A stretch of DNA of 64,000 nt from Paragordius varius. Its lineage: Eukaryota > Animalia > Nematomorpha. The translations under genes were made by a program, and so were the position numbers. The notes below the pieces were generated by a model. That model was not told where the DNA came from. It made no database searches and saw nothing but the letters and a program-made list of their open reading frames with translations. Shown here one piece after another: positions 22,545-37,868 of the stretch; position 1 is the stretch's first letter; each line of letters opens with the position of its first letter. The stretch is from the NCBI GenBank assembly GCA_964247055.1, contig OZ176054.1, positions 13,330,001-13,394,000 on the forward strand, written 5' to 3'.

Positions 22545-24030
22545 TTTTTGAAAACTGTGACAAGTTTGGTGTCTGAGGTTGAGAATGAAATATGCATGCC
22601 CTTCTAACATAAAAAAATAGATTACTAAAGCTTCATATTAGTTCCATATTAATTGGAAATAATCATCCATAGCTATCTAACGGGTTTATCACATGTTATT
22701 TATACAAATAAGCAACCCGTGTTTTAAAATGGACATTTTTGTTACAGTTTATTAATTTAAGAAACCCCAAAAAAACTAAATTTACAAAATATATGATTTT
22801 AACGCTTTTTACTAAAAGATTATTGCGGTCAGCCCTCAGGCGAGCGTTAAAGCCTTCACAAGTTCTGATACAATTTTAGTCCTTACCCTGAAGAGAACAT
22901 AAACTGTCTATTTGTTATTAAATACAAGCTCATAACTTTATATATTTTAGCTATTCTGCACAGTATAACTATAGAATATAACGAAAAACTATAGTAAGTA
23001 TATAGAATCTTTCACAAACTAGCCTTATCCAACATGGCAGAGATTATATTTAGTTAAACATATATGAAAAAATATTCAAACGCAATATTAATATTGAATG
23101 ATGATAATTTTAACAAAAAACTCTTTATTTCCAAAACAGAGCGACTTTATCAAAACCTAGGCAAATAATTAAATTTCAACTATTATTAATTTAAATACAA
23201 AACTTTCAGATTAACCTTTTGATCAATCAGTTAAAATTATATAATTCAAACAATTATCCAATAAATTTGATTAGAAAAAGGAAGGTTAAAAAAATTTTTT
23301 GCTTCAGTCTGTAATTTCGTAAGTGTTGGATTATTTATCTGGTCGTTGTCACTAAACTTTCCAAGTGTTTTTTTCAATGTATAAGCACTCAACCAACATA
23401 ACAATTAAATGATATCTATAATGTTGTATCTTCCCTAAAATTACAGATAAAACAGCCCCAAGACTATTCAAGTATGCTTTTCATATATAGATTGATAACA
23501 GGAGAAGAATGTGTCTGTGTTATTTAGAAAACACACAATCCCACAACCAAGAAACTCAACAAGATAAATATCCAGACTGTCTGAAGTCAAATTAAAGGTT
23601 ATAAAAAAACAAAAAAAAAATCATCCTTTTTTTGCAACTTGTTATTGTTGTGAAATAGTTGATGAACTTATAAATGCGCTCTCGAGTGGGTGCACACAGC
23701 AGGAGAAGAGAATGATAGATGGCCTTTATTATTTATGAATAGAAAAGGTTTGAGATATATAATATGCTATGTTGATAAATTATTACAAATACATTGTTAA
23801 CATATTTGGCATATTTTATTATGTCTATGCATATACATTTATTGATAAAATATAAATTTTATAAAATTTGATTTAACACAGAGTTTCATATATATCTATG
23901 TCCCGAATATAAAAATTGGCTAAAGGTTATTATATACAATTTTGTACTGCAAAATAGCCGATTGTCATTTTTTTAGATAAAATAAATCAATAGCCTAATT
24001 TAAAAAGAATTGAACCGGCAATATCTTAAA
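22545..24030. other. Unresolved conserved segment; possible micro-exon gene or pseudogene; paralogue at ~46561-48060
   Basis: Alignable between copies, with short conserved peptide-like frames (plus-strand PEY(K/E)NWLK, SVGLF(I/V)WSLSLN; minus-strand NSL(G/E)AVLSVILG) and an in-frame 12-nt indel, but also frame-breaking indels. Strand not determined. Confidence 0.3.
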
Positions 24031-24763
24031 ATTTTAATTACAGTAAAAATATATACGGACAAAACGTAGACAAATATTATTTCTAACGTTTATATGTTGA
24101 TTTTTTTAAATATACACATTAATCCATACTGCAAAGTATAAAATAGAGATGTAAATTGGTAATGCGCAAATTATGTATTATATTTTAAGTTTTAATTTTG
24201 AATTAATATATCTTGTATTATACAATTTGATTATTCTGGATAAGTTAAATAGCTGCATGATTATTCACAAAACTGCAAATATCCTCGGCGGGTCAAATTC
24301 TCAGTGCTTATATTATGCTACAATTCGTTAGGGAATTATATCATTTTTTCATATTTAGCAATCATCGGAAATTTTGCGCACATTTTAGTAATTGACAGAA
24401 AAATGCCTAAAGCCAAATTATTTAGGGAAATTTCACCTTAAGTTGTTGTAGTTTAAAAAATGGACTCAAAAATTATAAATATCATAAATTCCATTTTATA
24501 TTTTTCAATCAAAAACATCGTTTGCTCTCATTTATTGTGGTATAAATGAAACAATTATTTAGATGGGTTAGAAGGATTAGCTAATAACAAGGCCTCTTTA
24601 TGTTTCCTCTGTTGTTGTTGATAATTGAAAAACTTTAAACTATTCAAGGTGTATTGTTGATCGGTATGTTCGGTTACAATAGCTTTTTCATTATTGTTAA
24701 TTACAACAGTATAATCACCATTGTTATGTGAGTTGGTTAATACTTTGCAATCTAAAACTGACG

Positions 24764-27700
24764 CTAAATGTTGTTTAGGTGGGACAATTCAGAAATTGAG
24801 TTCTTGTAATTTACTGGGATATCATACAAACTTTTAGTATTTTTGCTTGTTGCGGCGGATAATAATGATAAGTTTCCAGAAAATTCCATGTTTTCAGCCT
24901 TGACTCCATTCAAGTGTTTATTAGGGTTAGTTATCAAAGAGGAAAACGTATTTTTATTATTCGGATGATTCAAAGAGCCAATATTAGCAATGTTTTGACC
25001 ATTTCGTTCTTCACAAATTATGATGTCATACAAGGCACTCAAAATACTTCGACTCAGTATGGCGTCAACTTCGTTTTGGGTTAAATTTATCCCCTTCAGA
25101 ACATAATCATTGTTAGCTGAGCTCTCAGTCAACATGATATCTTTATCGGTTAAACCTAAAATGAAGAAAAGATTAAAATACTCAAGTAAATTTATAATTA
25201 TTTTTTTCTCCTATTAAAAAACTCTTAATTATATTATTTTGCGGTTATGAGACCATAAAATGAAAACACTTTGTTTTTATTACGTGCGCGTACTTAGGAA
25301 TCCTATGAAATATACTCCAATTATATTACTCAGCTATTTGAATGTACGAAACCAACTGCGGTAAAACTAATGGAAAGAAAAGCAAAAACAGTCATACTTT
25401 CTCTATATTGAATGTTTTAAATTTCATATATAAATATAAAGATAACTGATAACATACTTTTATATATAGTTCATGTTAATTTTCATAAAGATTATGTAAA
25501 AAATCAAGTTATATAAATGTAAATCTTTTTTTATGGAATTTATTTTACATTTTGCTTTTAAAAAAATTACTGTGAAAATTATATAAAAAACTTTGACTCA
25601 CCAACTACAATACAAGCATTTTGGACTTTCATACGTCCGCGCAAAGTTTCCAACATATACTGATTATTTAAACCGCTAACTGTGTTTCTATCATTAACTA
25701 TAAAGATTGTGGGTGTACTTATTCGATCAAGTCCATACAATTTGGGACCTCCGGCAAATATGTTGATATTTTCTGTGGGTTCTTCTCCAGGGAGTTTAAA
25801 GTTTTTATTTTTTATTGCAAAAATTTTTTCCATTTCAGTAGATTGAGTATTTTGCACTGAAATATTACTACTGGTGCTACAGAAATCGAATGGGAATCCC
25901 AAACAAATGAGTCCATCAAACTTAAGTTCAATACAAGCCTGGTATGATATACATTACAAAAAAAATTGGTATTTGACATTTACTATATTGATTTTATTGT
26001 TTTTGATAATATGCTTGTTAACTGATATGGTTACATTTTATAATAAAACTAGTGTTACATTTTTCATTAAATTATAAGCGAAGGTATTTACATAGAGGTT
26101 AACGTAAGAAATATAAATAGCATTCTACTGGTAAATAAGACAATTTAAACTGCTATTTAATTTTTACAATATGGTATAAAAGGTTACTCAACTACATAAA
26201 CATTCTCGTGCTCAACGGTCCTAATTACATAATAGAGAAATTCCAACTTTCATATCAGGGTTTTGATAAAAAACTTAGACTTTTATACTGCATATTTAAG
26301 GCCTTTTCTTATCACGTAAACGTAAAACAATTTTAAAAAATGCAAAATTGATTGTAGATAATCCTTAATTCTATCTACCATCAATTAGTTTATTTGTGTT
26401 GTCTTGTAAAAAAATACTTTAACCATAAAACATTATCAGCGCAGAAAATAGTTTATAAAACAAATTTGATAAGAATTTACATAAGCAGCAAAGAGTGAGG
26501 AGATACCCCAAGACCATAAAATTGTACGCACATTATTATTAATGCTTTTACTATTGGCATTGGTTGAGACAACCTTTATATTTGATCTTATGACATGTTT
26601 GAGTTTTTCCTTCAAACGATTCAAGTAAGTTGTCGTGAATGAGACCGAATCTTGACTACTAAATTCATTGCCTTTGTTTGAATCTGTCGCCCTATACAAT
26701 GATGAAAAAAGAAAATTGAGTAAAATTAGTAAATTAATTGCCGTTTTTTTTGGATTTGAGAAAAAATGTCGAGTATTTTGCATTTTAACCTTTTGACATG
26801 AACAGTTTTAAAATAGATGATTATTATAGTTAGATAATTCCAATAAAATGACTTTCTTTGGATAATAGAGAAAAATTATATTGGCAAACATACATTGATT
26901 TTAATTAATATGTTGTGTTGCTAATATAAGCCATAGAAATGTAATTTTTCATTTGTAATGATCATATATATATATATATTAAAAAACAATCAAAACGTGT
27001 GGGTTTCTTAAAATTCATTAGTCGTTAACATATACGCATATTCCGTATTATAATAATGAATGAAAAGTATTTTAAACTGAATACAAAATATTAAATGATA
27101 TGTGCAACCCCTTAATAGTAGCAAACACCTTAACTTGTTAAAATATTAATCATACTAAAATTATTTGATTTTTCAGTTTAGTTATATTATTTATTACAAA
27201 GGGGAGTTTTAGGGTATTAAAAAAATAATTATCCCATAAATTATTAAAAAAATTTTAGAGTAAAAACTGAAATTATACAGACACAAAGTAAAAATATAAA
27301 GACAAATATTTTTTTTAAAAGACAACCATACCTCCTTATAAGCTAGTTAGTTGCAATTGTAATATTTAGAATTGATTGTGTTAGTATTATATATCTTTCT
27401 CTATTTCACACTTTGTCACTTAAAACAATGAGTTATATTGTAATTAACTCTAGATTTAAAAAGTATGGGGTTGTCTTTTAGGGCAAAAAATATTGTACAT
27501 TTTGTCCGTATAATTATATCCACAATTAACTGAAAAGCTTTACTGTTTTTGTTGTATTAGATCAGCATCCACAGGATTAATAATGTCAAAAGACCATTGA
27601 GAAGGCAATAAATGTTCCATCCAAACTTTAAGTCTTTGAAGAGCGAAATAACCCTCGTGAGATTGTAACAAATTTCCATTTAAGTTATTAAAAGTATTTT

Positions 27701-28812
27701 CATCAACATTTGAAGTTATAATATCAAGGTTGGGTAGGGATGGTATCATAATACAATGTATTTCAAGAGATGAATTATTATTAATGTTATGATGGGTCGA
27801 AGTAGGAAATAACTCTAAATACTGTTTCTCAAACATTTCACAATGAAATTCATCATTGTTGAATGATGGCGGATTACTTGAGTTTGTAAATTCCTTTAAT
27901 ACTGTCCTCTAAAATAAAACATATATTGCATGCATAAAATAATAGAAAAAATATTAATATTATATATACCATTTACACTTGAAATTCACCCTAAAATAAA
28001 TTTTGTGTTTTTTAAGATTAAATATAACCTATATTTTTTCATATTTAATAAAATGAAATTTTGACTGAAAATAATAAACTATGCGTCATAAAAATATATT
28101 TTATATTAATAATGAGTTATATTAACTGCCCGAAAACATATAATTTATTTTCAAGGGTGTGAATTGTTCAAGGGTGAATTTAAATTGTAAATGGTATATT
28201 TATGGACAGTAAAAATCATAATTTTAAAGGCACAAAAACTTAATAAGCATAAATCTAATATCTTTTTAATATCAAAAAACCCATTTTTAATGCTTAAATT
28301 GTATGATTGCATTTAAGAAATATATCGAATATGGCTTCCTTAATTTGCAGTTCAAAGAGATAAGTTTTATAAAAAAAACAGAGATGCCTTCAGTCTTTAT
28401 AATGTAAAATTTACTGTTATAAAGATAAAATCAATCATATTTTAATTCCATTTTCTATGCAGTCAATATACTGGACAAAAACAATATATTATAACCATTA
28501 TTATGTAGGCAAAAATTGTGTTTTATTTTCAAAAAACTTAGGGTTATATATTTTTAAAATTGGGCAAATTATTATTTTCAATATTTTCATGGCGCATTTA
28601 ATTAAAAGAAAAACGGTTATTTCAATCTTTACTGTAAATTTTTTTAACAAGAAGCGAAATAAATCAATATAGAAATTTTACAGGTTTAATTTTAGTGGAT
28701 TGTTCGATAGTTTGCAACAATTGTGTTGTAATGTATTCATTTAATGGATTATCAACCTTCACTTCTTGAGATGAGTTATGCATTGTCAGCATATTGAAAA
28801 TTAACCATGGAA

Positions 28813-28856
<44 letters not shown>

Positions 28857-30301
28857 GCTAAATTATAAAATAAACACATAATACTTTTTTATATAATAAA
28901 TTGATACTTTAAAATTTTTAAATTCAAATTTCTCATAGTTTGGGTATTTTAAAACCAGAAAATAAACCTAGGCTATATAAATGAAAAAAATATTTGATAT
29001 GTTGGATATTTTATAAACTGAATATTAATTACCATTAAACTAAAATATAAACATAATATTGTTCTCTGATATGGGTTATTTTTATTTCCAACAAATAGCA
29101 TTAATAATGTTCGGAAAACAACATTTAAAATCAAATTCTTAAGAATACTAAACCTTGATTGCAAGCAAATTCAATATTTGAGCATACAACCCCAAATACG
29201 AGATGGGTAAAAAATGGGTGAATATATTATGTAACCATTTGCAAAGAGCTAAATTCCAATCGAAATCACAGTAAATTTCACGAAACGTTTCGCCATATTT
29301 TTCAAGGATAACCAAATCTTTATTATCAGCTTGCATCTATAATAGTCGAAATTATTATGCATAATCCTTTTAAAAAAAGGAAAACCATATTTATCCAGTC
29401 TTAATTTTTATCAAATATTCCATTTTTTGCGTGTTGTATAATATAGAATAGATGTAAATGAACAATTGTATCAAGAACAAGAAAAACTGTATTAATTTTC
29501 AATATATTATATATATATATATATATATATTAATCTTTATTGTGGGTTAAAATTAAGAGTAAAAATTAATGTATGATAAACCACCTCAGTCATCCATATA
29601 AAATATAAATTGAACCTGTATATAGAGAACAGAATTATTTAGTTATATCACATATTCCAAAAAGCCGTATTTAACACTAAATGCATGTTATACTTAAAAA
29701 AGGATTAAAAGATAGGGATAATATTTTTTAAAAAAAGCCAAAATTTATTATCCTCTTATATATATTGTAAACGCCTGATCTCTAACATTTACTGTGTATG
29801 ATATAAAAAATTAACAAAACAAATGGTGGAAAAACTTTAATCGCGGTTTCATCATAAAAGTTTGACAAAGCATTCCAACTCCTTTCAAAAATGCTAACTT
29901 CCTGCTGACTCCATGTATATTTCAGCAAATTAGTTTGCCAATCTTCAGTTCGCATTTCAAGATTTTGAATAAATCCCATTTCTGCGGCCATATCAAGTTT
30001 ATCTTGCATTGAAAATCGTTTGGGCATCTTATAATCAGTCTCATTGCAAACTTCGCATAAATCATCTGATGATTCGACATCAATAATTTCATCCAAGCTA
30101 CTAATAATTCATAAAAAGAGTTTACTTTGAAATATTTGATTGATTTTGTGTAAATAAATAGGTGGTGGGCCAAGCAAATTTGCTTTTTGCCGTTAAAACT
30201 TGATAAGGTGATGCATAGGAATGATCGTGTTCTAAAGACGGTTTATCTGTTTGTAACTTTTTCAAAATTTTCAAGATGAATTTTTCATCGTAAAAGCCCA
30301 T
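24764..30301 (-). CDS. KANSL3: KANSL3-like, copy B; complete core, frameshifted C-terminal tail
   Basis: Eight exons: 30301-30126, 30100-29821, 29336-29154, ~28813-28683, ~27909-27543, ~26694-26480, ~25939-25602, ~25156-24764. AAY|ACIELKFDGLICLGFPFDF..LDRISTPTIFIV..LRGRMKVQNACIVVG|LTDKDI..GINLTQNEVD matches the remembered KANSL3 alpha/beta-hydrolase-like domain (VVCLGFP..LLDMKTPVLFVIG..FREKIRAENSLVVVGGADD..EGLTQSMVD). A 10-nt difference versus copy C near 24800 shifts the tail frame. Confidence 0.85.
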
Positions 30302-30373
30302 TATGGAACCGAAGTGTTAAGAGTTTCAAATATCTGTGCAAAAAAACTAGAGTTGATACGGTAGTATTCAAAA

Positions 30374-33300
30374 ATGAAAAATGTTTCTTTTAAACACTAT
30401 TATGTTTATTATGTCCAAGATGATTGTATCAATATTATTGATCTCTCAAACAATGTATCAGGTATTAATTTGTTTTTAATTTTAGGGACCTTAAAATGTC
30501 GTTACTTAGTGGATTTTATAAATTTGGACAATAATATTTTAACAGTATATTAAAAAATAATATTTTTAGATTTTTGTTAACAAGTTCCTAAATTTATATG
30601 TTTATCAGTTACAGACTGATGACCATTCTGTGATATTTGAAGGATTATATAAAACATCCCTTAAACACATCATTAAAGATTTGCAAACTACGTTTCCTAA
30701 TATCTGTGTTTTGTCGGAACCGAAAAATATTATTCTTACTTTTAATGATAAATATATTACCATTAACTTTGCTCAACCTAAAAAATATGTTACGAAAGAA
30801 GATATCCACATTTTCCCTTCACAAATCATTGCTCTCAAAATTGTGAAATATTCTCATTTTATTGGAATTTGTTTAGAGATAGATAATAAAATCCATGTTA
30901 TTGAGTCAAAATTTGACGTGAATACCAATGAACTTGTTGATTTTAACGAATTACAAACTTTACCATATACATTCAACGATGATAACACTACTTTTGATAT
31001 GTTTTTATCTGCAGAAAACGCTTTTGTAGCCATATTAAAGGGTCAGAAACAGACAAATTCAGTTTTACTTTTTTATGGAATTTCGGATGATAACAAACTT
31101 TGCAAAGTAAATACATTAATATATATTCAACATAATAGATTACAATAAATGAAGGAAGCGATTTAGATGGTCAAATTATGTCTTTTAAATGGCACGAAAA
31201 AATTGCCCAATTTGGCTGCATTTCACGTTTTAACGAAACGCAAAGAGTCATTGAATGCATAGTTTTTGATGTGGCAAAACACCAAACGATTTTTTCAACT
31301 GACTTGCAAAACCAACAGGTTGTGTTAATTTGTTATAAATTTGATATTTTGTTGTGCAGACGACTACTTTATTATTTAAAACTAAACAAGGGGCGTACTA
31401 ATGAGTCTTTTTATAAAGTTTATAATTTAAAAAAATCTGAATATTTTAAACCTTGGAATCGGAATCCAAAATTATATTTTTTGTGCAGATAAAATATTAT
31501 GGGGTTTGATATTGGACATCCCTGCACTCCTATTCATATTGATAGATGCTAATTACATTCTTTTCGGTGTAAATAATGTAACATTTCTGCTGCAGTTAAT
31601 TGAAAAAATGTTGTTATTCCAAACAAATTATACTAATGATATTCTCTAATAGCTATAAACTCCCCGATGTTTGATTACTTTTATGCGGCGTTCGCCATAG
31701 GTTTATTTGTCTTAATACAAGGTTTATAGAATGAGACTCGCATCTTTTTTTCACGTGCTTGGCAAAACAGCTATATTATTTTGCAAATTCGATGAAAATA
31801 AAATTATGTATCATTTTATATATCTAATATTTAGATTGAGAATATTGTACTCTTTCGATCAAAAACTATATATTTCCTTACACCCAAAAGCTGTGATCAA
31901 CCCATTGTAACCATAAAAATACCCAAAAAATTAATTGAAGACTATAAATTCGTTTCAACTCCATCATTACACAAAAATGTGGAAAATGAATTGTTAGTTT
32001 TGCAACCAGAAAACTCAACTAAAATATTGCATGATAAAACAGCAGAAATGTTTGAATCAAAAATAGCTCAATGTGACCCTCATGAGATTAGGGAAAATAT
32101 TGAGAAATTATTACATATTGGAGATTACATTGGTGCGTACAACACTTTGTGTACAACATTACAAAGAAAACCAGAGTATATTAGGTATTCAAGTTAATTT
32201 TGTTTTACTCTTTTTTGGTTTATGTTTCAAGCTGTTGTATAAGATTTTTATATATGGACCAGTACTGTTTTCACCTAAAAATTTAAGTGTCCTATTATAT
32301 TTTGTAAAAATTAATATATACAAATTTATTCTGAAAAAAAGATTGATGACGTTTTATTTTGAGTGAAAAAATAGATTTGGTAGGTAAATGTAAAGTTATA
32401 CTATTTTCACTATAAAAAATATAAAATTAGGCTTATATAATTTTTTACGAACATAATATTAAAAAGGTTTTATTAAACAATAAGGGTTTAAAATTTGGAT
32501 TTCTCTTAAAAAATCTTACTTTCTATGTGCCTCTATACATACCATTTTAATCAATTTTTACTGCTAAATTGTATAGAGATGTCTGTTTCAAATTCCTTAT
32601 TTCAATTCTCACCATGTCAAATTCACAAACAAATAACAACAAGAATATCAATCAAGAATTTAACATTGATACATTTTCTATTAACGAAAATACTAAAGAA
32701 ACCAATTTGGAGAAAATTGAAATAGCTGACATGGTAAATAAAGTGTGTAGCATGTATATTAATACAATGTTGCCCACTCAACATTTTATCACCCTCATTA
32801 ATTCAAAGAATGCAATCATTCCAAATGAGAATGAACATTCCACTCTGAAAACGCTAATACAAGAAATGGCTCAATATATTTCACAGTGTTGCTTTATTTC
32901 TAATTCCTTTCAAACTAATTTTGATACGCTTTGTTCTTGGTATTTTGTAGGTTTTTGCCCTCAAAACTCTCTCGCAGAGGTTAATTATGTTATAAATCGA
33001 GAAAATTCCGGTGAACGATTCCTTTGGATTCTCCAGTTAAATGAGAATGAAAATTATTCTTCTTATCAAAAACATAATCATAACAAATCTTTGAAAACAG
33101 TTAACTCCGGTCACCCTATAAAATATTCAATTATTCGGGTTTGTTTGACACTTTGGCTTGAATCTTACCAACAACTTAATGAACGTGAGGATGAATTGAC
33201 ACAAAGTAAGTTTGTCTCTCTATATATCCAAGAGGTCATAAACATATAAACCCATTGGGAAAATCACAATGCATCTAATTATTGCAATATCATTATTTAA

Positions 33301-36300
33301 TGATAGAAAAAAAAATTTAAACTTAATTCAAATTTTGAGGTTAAACAAAAAAATGTCAAATATAAGTTACATGTTGTTATAATAATCCAATTTTCATTTA
33401 TTTTTTTTTATAAAAAGGCTCTTACAATAACTTTTATTGCCCTTAAACGTTTCAAAACCCTAAATACTTATAATTGCATGAAATTTTGTTTAAACCATAA
33501 CATCATACAAACAAATTGTTATGTCATAATATATATATTAAAACTAGCATTGTTAAATTAACCTCAGCACACAATTATTTAGGGTAAATTTGAACTCTTT
33601 AGGGTGAATTTGAAAATTTATTGTTTAAGGGGTGAATAAATGTTTAAGGGGTGAATTCAAAATGTTTAAGGGTAAGGGTGAATTAGAAATATTTATGAGT
33701 AATATTTGAGGTGTTTAATGGTTAAATATATTATTTGCATATTCATGCTTGCAGTTATAACCAAATGTATCGATCCCTTACAATCTCTTATTCCAAACCA
33801 CTATCAACTTTCAATTCCTCAAACAACACTAAAAGCCCAAGAAATGCAAAAACAGTTAAATGTGACAAATATTGCGACACTTTTTGTTTTACAATTCATT
33901 CGCGGACTTTTGATTCAAAGGATGTATGCCGATGCTGGCCGTCTCATATGGACCTTAAAAGATTTTTACGTTAAATCATCAGGTTTTATATAACACAGAA
34001 TTTAAATTTCAAAAAAGAACCTTTTTAGAAATTTCTGCAAATAAAAGCAAAATAATACTAGGCAAATGGGACTTAAAATTAAAATACAAAGTTTATTTAA
34101 CTTGATTTTACCAATTTCCACATATTTATAAAATTATATGCAATCCGAAATGATGGGTAAAAATAAAAATATATATGTCTTTAAAACCCATCATTTTGGT
34201 GTGCTCAATAAGCAATAAAGGTTTAAATTGTTAACACTGAATTATACAACATAAAATTGATTAAATAAATTATGTGGGAAAAATCAAGGCCTGTATAAGC
34301 AACTATGGTTGTCTTTTAAAAAAATTTTTGTCTCTAAAATCTTTATTATATTGAAAAACAATCATACTCATTTTTTTCAGTAACACTAAATGATGAGGCA
34401 AGAAGCGATAATTATAAAAATGAATCAACACAAACATCATTGGTACAAACATTACAATTTTTTAGCCTTTTTTACTTTGCTTACGATAAAATACAACGTT
34501 TCCTGGTAAGTAAGTTTGATTTGATTCGGTGGATAGTTTATGCATGTTTATATATAAGTTGTAAAGTCTCTGTGGTGTTGTCTCGAATCATCATTGAACA
34601 TGCATATATGTCTCTGTGGTTTTGTTTCATATCATCATTGAACAACATGTATCTGTGGTGTTGTCTCGTATTATATTTGAACATACATAACTGTAATGCA
34701 TGATAACCGTTTATAATTCAAGTTCACCCTAAAAATAAATTATGTGTTTAGCAGCTAATATAACTCATCATATGAAATATATTCTTATGGGGCATAGTTT
34801 ATTTTTCAGTATTATATTAATTTTAAACGAAATTTCTTTTTTAAAAATAAAAAAGTATAGGTAATTTTAATCTTGATAAACACATAATTTATTTAGGGTA
34901 AATTGGAATTTTTCGAGAGTGAATTTGAATTGTTAATAATATATATTCCTAATTATTGGTTGATGAGTGCTTGTAATTGTTAATTGGGGAAAAAGTTGTT
35001 TATGGTATAAAAAAATATGTAAATAATAATATATTGTACTACATAAACGTTAAAATGTGGACAATAAATGTTTAACTGTTATCTCATGTTGTTTTACCAT
35101 ACACTACTGTATTGTACAATTATGGACATTTAAACATGAAACCACAAAAAAATATTTCAATTTGCTGACATATATTAATTTTGTAATTAATAATTTAAAA
35201 TATCCATATCACCAATAATATAGCATTTTACTGTATTTGTATAAAAGGAATATAAATTTTAAAAAAAATAATTTTTTTTGCATACAGAATACGGCATTTA
35301 GCGATATTGGCTTAGATGAGGTTCGAATGACCGTTAGATATTTATCTTTGATGGCTTTTAAAATCATTCTCTCAAACAAAGATATGGGCAGTGCAAAGAA
35401 ATTAGATAAATACGCCCTTAAAACACCATTTCAATCACCTGATAATAATAATATGTTGTTGTTATGGGAAGAAATGATTGAATTTATAACATTACAAGAA
35501 AATAAAAATGAAATGATGATTGAAATTATATCAAACATTTTCTGTTTGCTTTTACGATTACATCATCATCAAACGAATGATTGTGGTCTCATAACCCCAA
35601 GGATTGGACATTTGCTGGAAAAATATAGTCCTCATTTATTGAAACATTATTCAAAATCACCTCAAGGCGAATCAACAAGTGTCGAAAGTGAAAATCTTTT
35701 TAAGTAAGACTCTATATATATATGTTCTAAATTGTCCATTTTAGGTTAATTGTTACAAGAAATTTTAATTATGAAATATGTAAAGTTGCACAATTTGTAA
35801 TAATACGTTGCAGATATATATGTAATCAATATGCTTTTTGTGGGATTCGAATTTTATACTAACTTAAAAATTTGGATTATTTTTACTAAAAAATCGGAAT
35901 TAATTATAAACATACGCTTATTACTTTATAAGCAGTGAAAAATCTCTTTAAGAAGGGGGGTATACTAAATATATATAATATGTTTACACACAGGATACCT
36001 AATCCATTGTTTGAGAGTGTAACTCTACAAGAATGCCAAGATTTTTTGAAAGAAAAACATCTTTCCTCTGATATTTTTTGTTACAATTGTCAAAAGGTGA
36101 CAGATTTTCAAATTGATTCTAACGCAAAAAGTTTTTGCAGAAACCAGGCAACATTGCCTAATACATCCCTAAATCCCACGATACTATGTGAAGAATGTTT
36201 GGAACCCTTTATATTTTCCATGCTATCTTTTGGTATATTTTATTACAATAATAATAATATTGATTAATGAATTATATATCGTCGATTTTGTGGGAAGAGG

Positions 36301-36477
36301 GCGCTATTAATATCATATTTTAGCAAAATATAAAGTATAAAGATATGGTTTATTTTATAAAAAATAAGTAGTCTTTTTATTTTAAATTTAGGATCTTTAG
36401 AAAAAAACGATTTTTCTTGAAAATTTCGGCTTTTTTAATCAAAATAGTCCTTTAAATTTAATTAAATTTGAAACTCC

Positions 36478-36513
<36 letters not shown>

Positions 36514-37269
36514 TTTACGCATATGTAGAGATATTGCCTTTGAGTTTAGTTGTAGACGAATGCCACACCACTGCAAAACCAGAAAAGTTTGATTTCAATC
36601 ATTTTGAAATGGGAAATAATGGGACAGCGCATTATGTTAATATCTTGCCTGATATAATGTTGTCTCAATGTAAGAATTGTAAACAGGTATACATTGTTTT
36701 ACAATAAAATTGATGTTTTTTTCGTTTAAAAACTCCAACGATTTTATAGAGCAACAGTTTTAATAAAGTCCACATTTTTCAATTTGAAATTTTATGGACA
36801 AAACGTAAAATTATAAAGAAATTTTTATCAAAAAGTCAACCATACTTTTTAAATAACTCATTTTTTGAATTGCAACGTATAGAGATGTATATTGGTAACA
36901 CCAATATCATGTGTTTTATCATTGTAAAAAAATGATTTATATAGGATTCATTAAGGTTTAAAAAAGTATGGGTTTTTTCGAAAAAAATTGTCTTTATATT
37001 TTTACGTTTTGTCCGTATATAGTTTTAATTTTTCTGTAAGACACAATGGTTATTGTATATTTTTGTTTTCAATAAAAATATTGCATTGGGATTGAAATTT
37101 GAATGAAAAATATTACTATATGTTTGTAGAATATATAAAGTTCTAATTTTTTATATTAAATCTTTATCTATGAATATTGTAGATGTTTTATGCCGAAGAA
37201 TGGGAATTTTATTTGATTCAACACAAACAATGTCCGTTTTGTAAAATGTTACATGAAAAAATTCAATAA
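30374..37269 (+). CDS. IFT122: IFT122-like, copy B
   Basis: Same exon series as copy A (ORFs 30630, 31178, 31979, 32569, 33706, 35237, 35935, 36468); last exon MFYAEEW..LHEKIQ* ends at 37269. Confidence 0.72.
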
Positions 37270-37868
37270 ATTTATTATGTCCATTCAGAATTTAATTATG
37301 ACACATAGTATTTGACTAAATACAAATTTTGGTTAAAAGCAGATATATAGTACTCCTACTGTATATAATTGACTAAATGGAAGCGATCTATAAATGCAAC
37401 TAAATATAAAATAATACCATAAGTATGTAAAAAAAGAAATGTGTTGTATTCATAAATATAAAACATAAAAATGACTTAATTTAAAAAAAAATTTATCCTT
37501 AATTTATTTTTATAACTTTTGTGTGATAAGAAATGAAATTGGTGGTATTTACATCCTTATTTCGTAACCCAAATTGATACTTATGGTGTGAAAAAAACGT
37601 CATATTAGTTATATTTATCATGTCTTTTATTTTAAGTATTTCCTGTACATCTAATTTTTTATTTTCCGCAACTTTAAACGATTGATAAAAGTGTGGTGAG
37701 ATAATATACAACCATTTACTTTTAAAGTATTAAGTATTTTAAATATAATAGTTTAAATTAAAAACGATAGTTACAAATATTTAGTGGCTAAAAATATAGC
37801 TTTTTTACATAAATACCAGTATTAATTTTAAGGTCATTCATAAATTTCTTTATTGTGCAACAAATAAA

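Noticed and set aside
23535-23670. Box C/D snoRNA in the identical ~115-bp block
   Set aside because: TGATGA and CTGA motifs are in the wrong order with no terminal stem; the identity is explicable by conversion.
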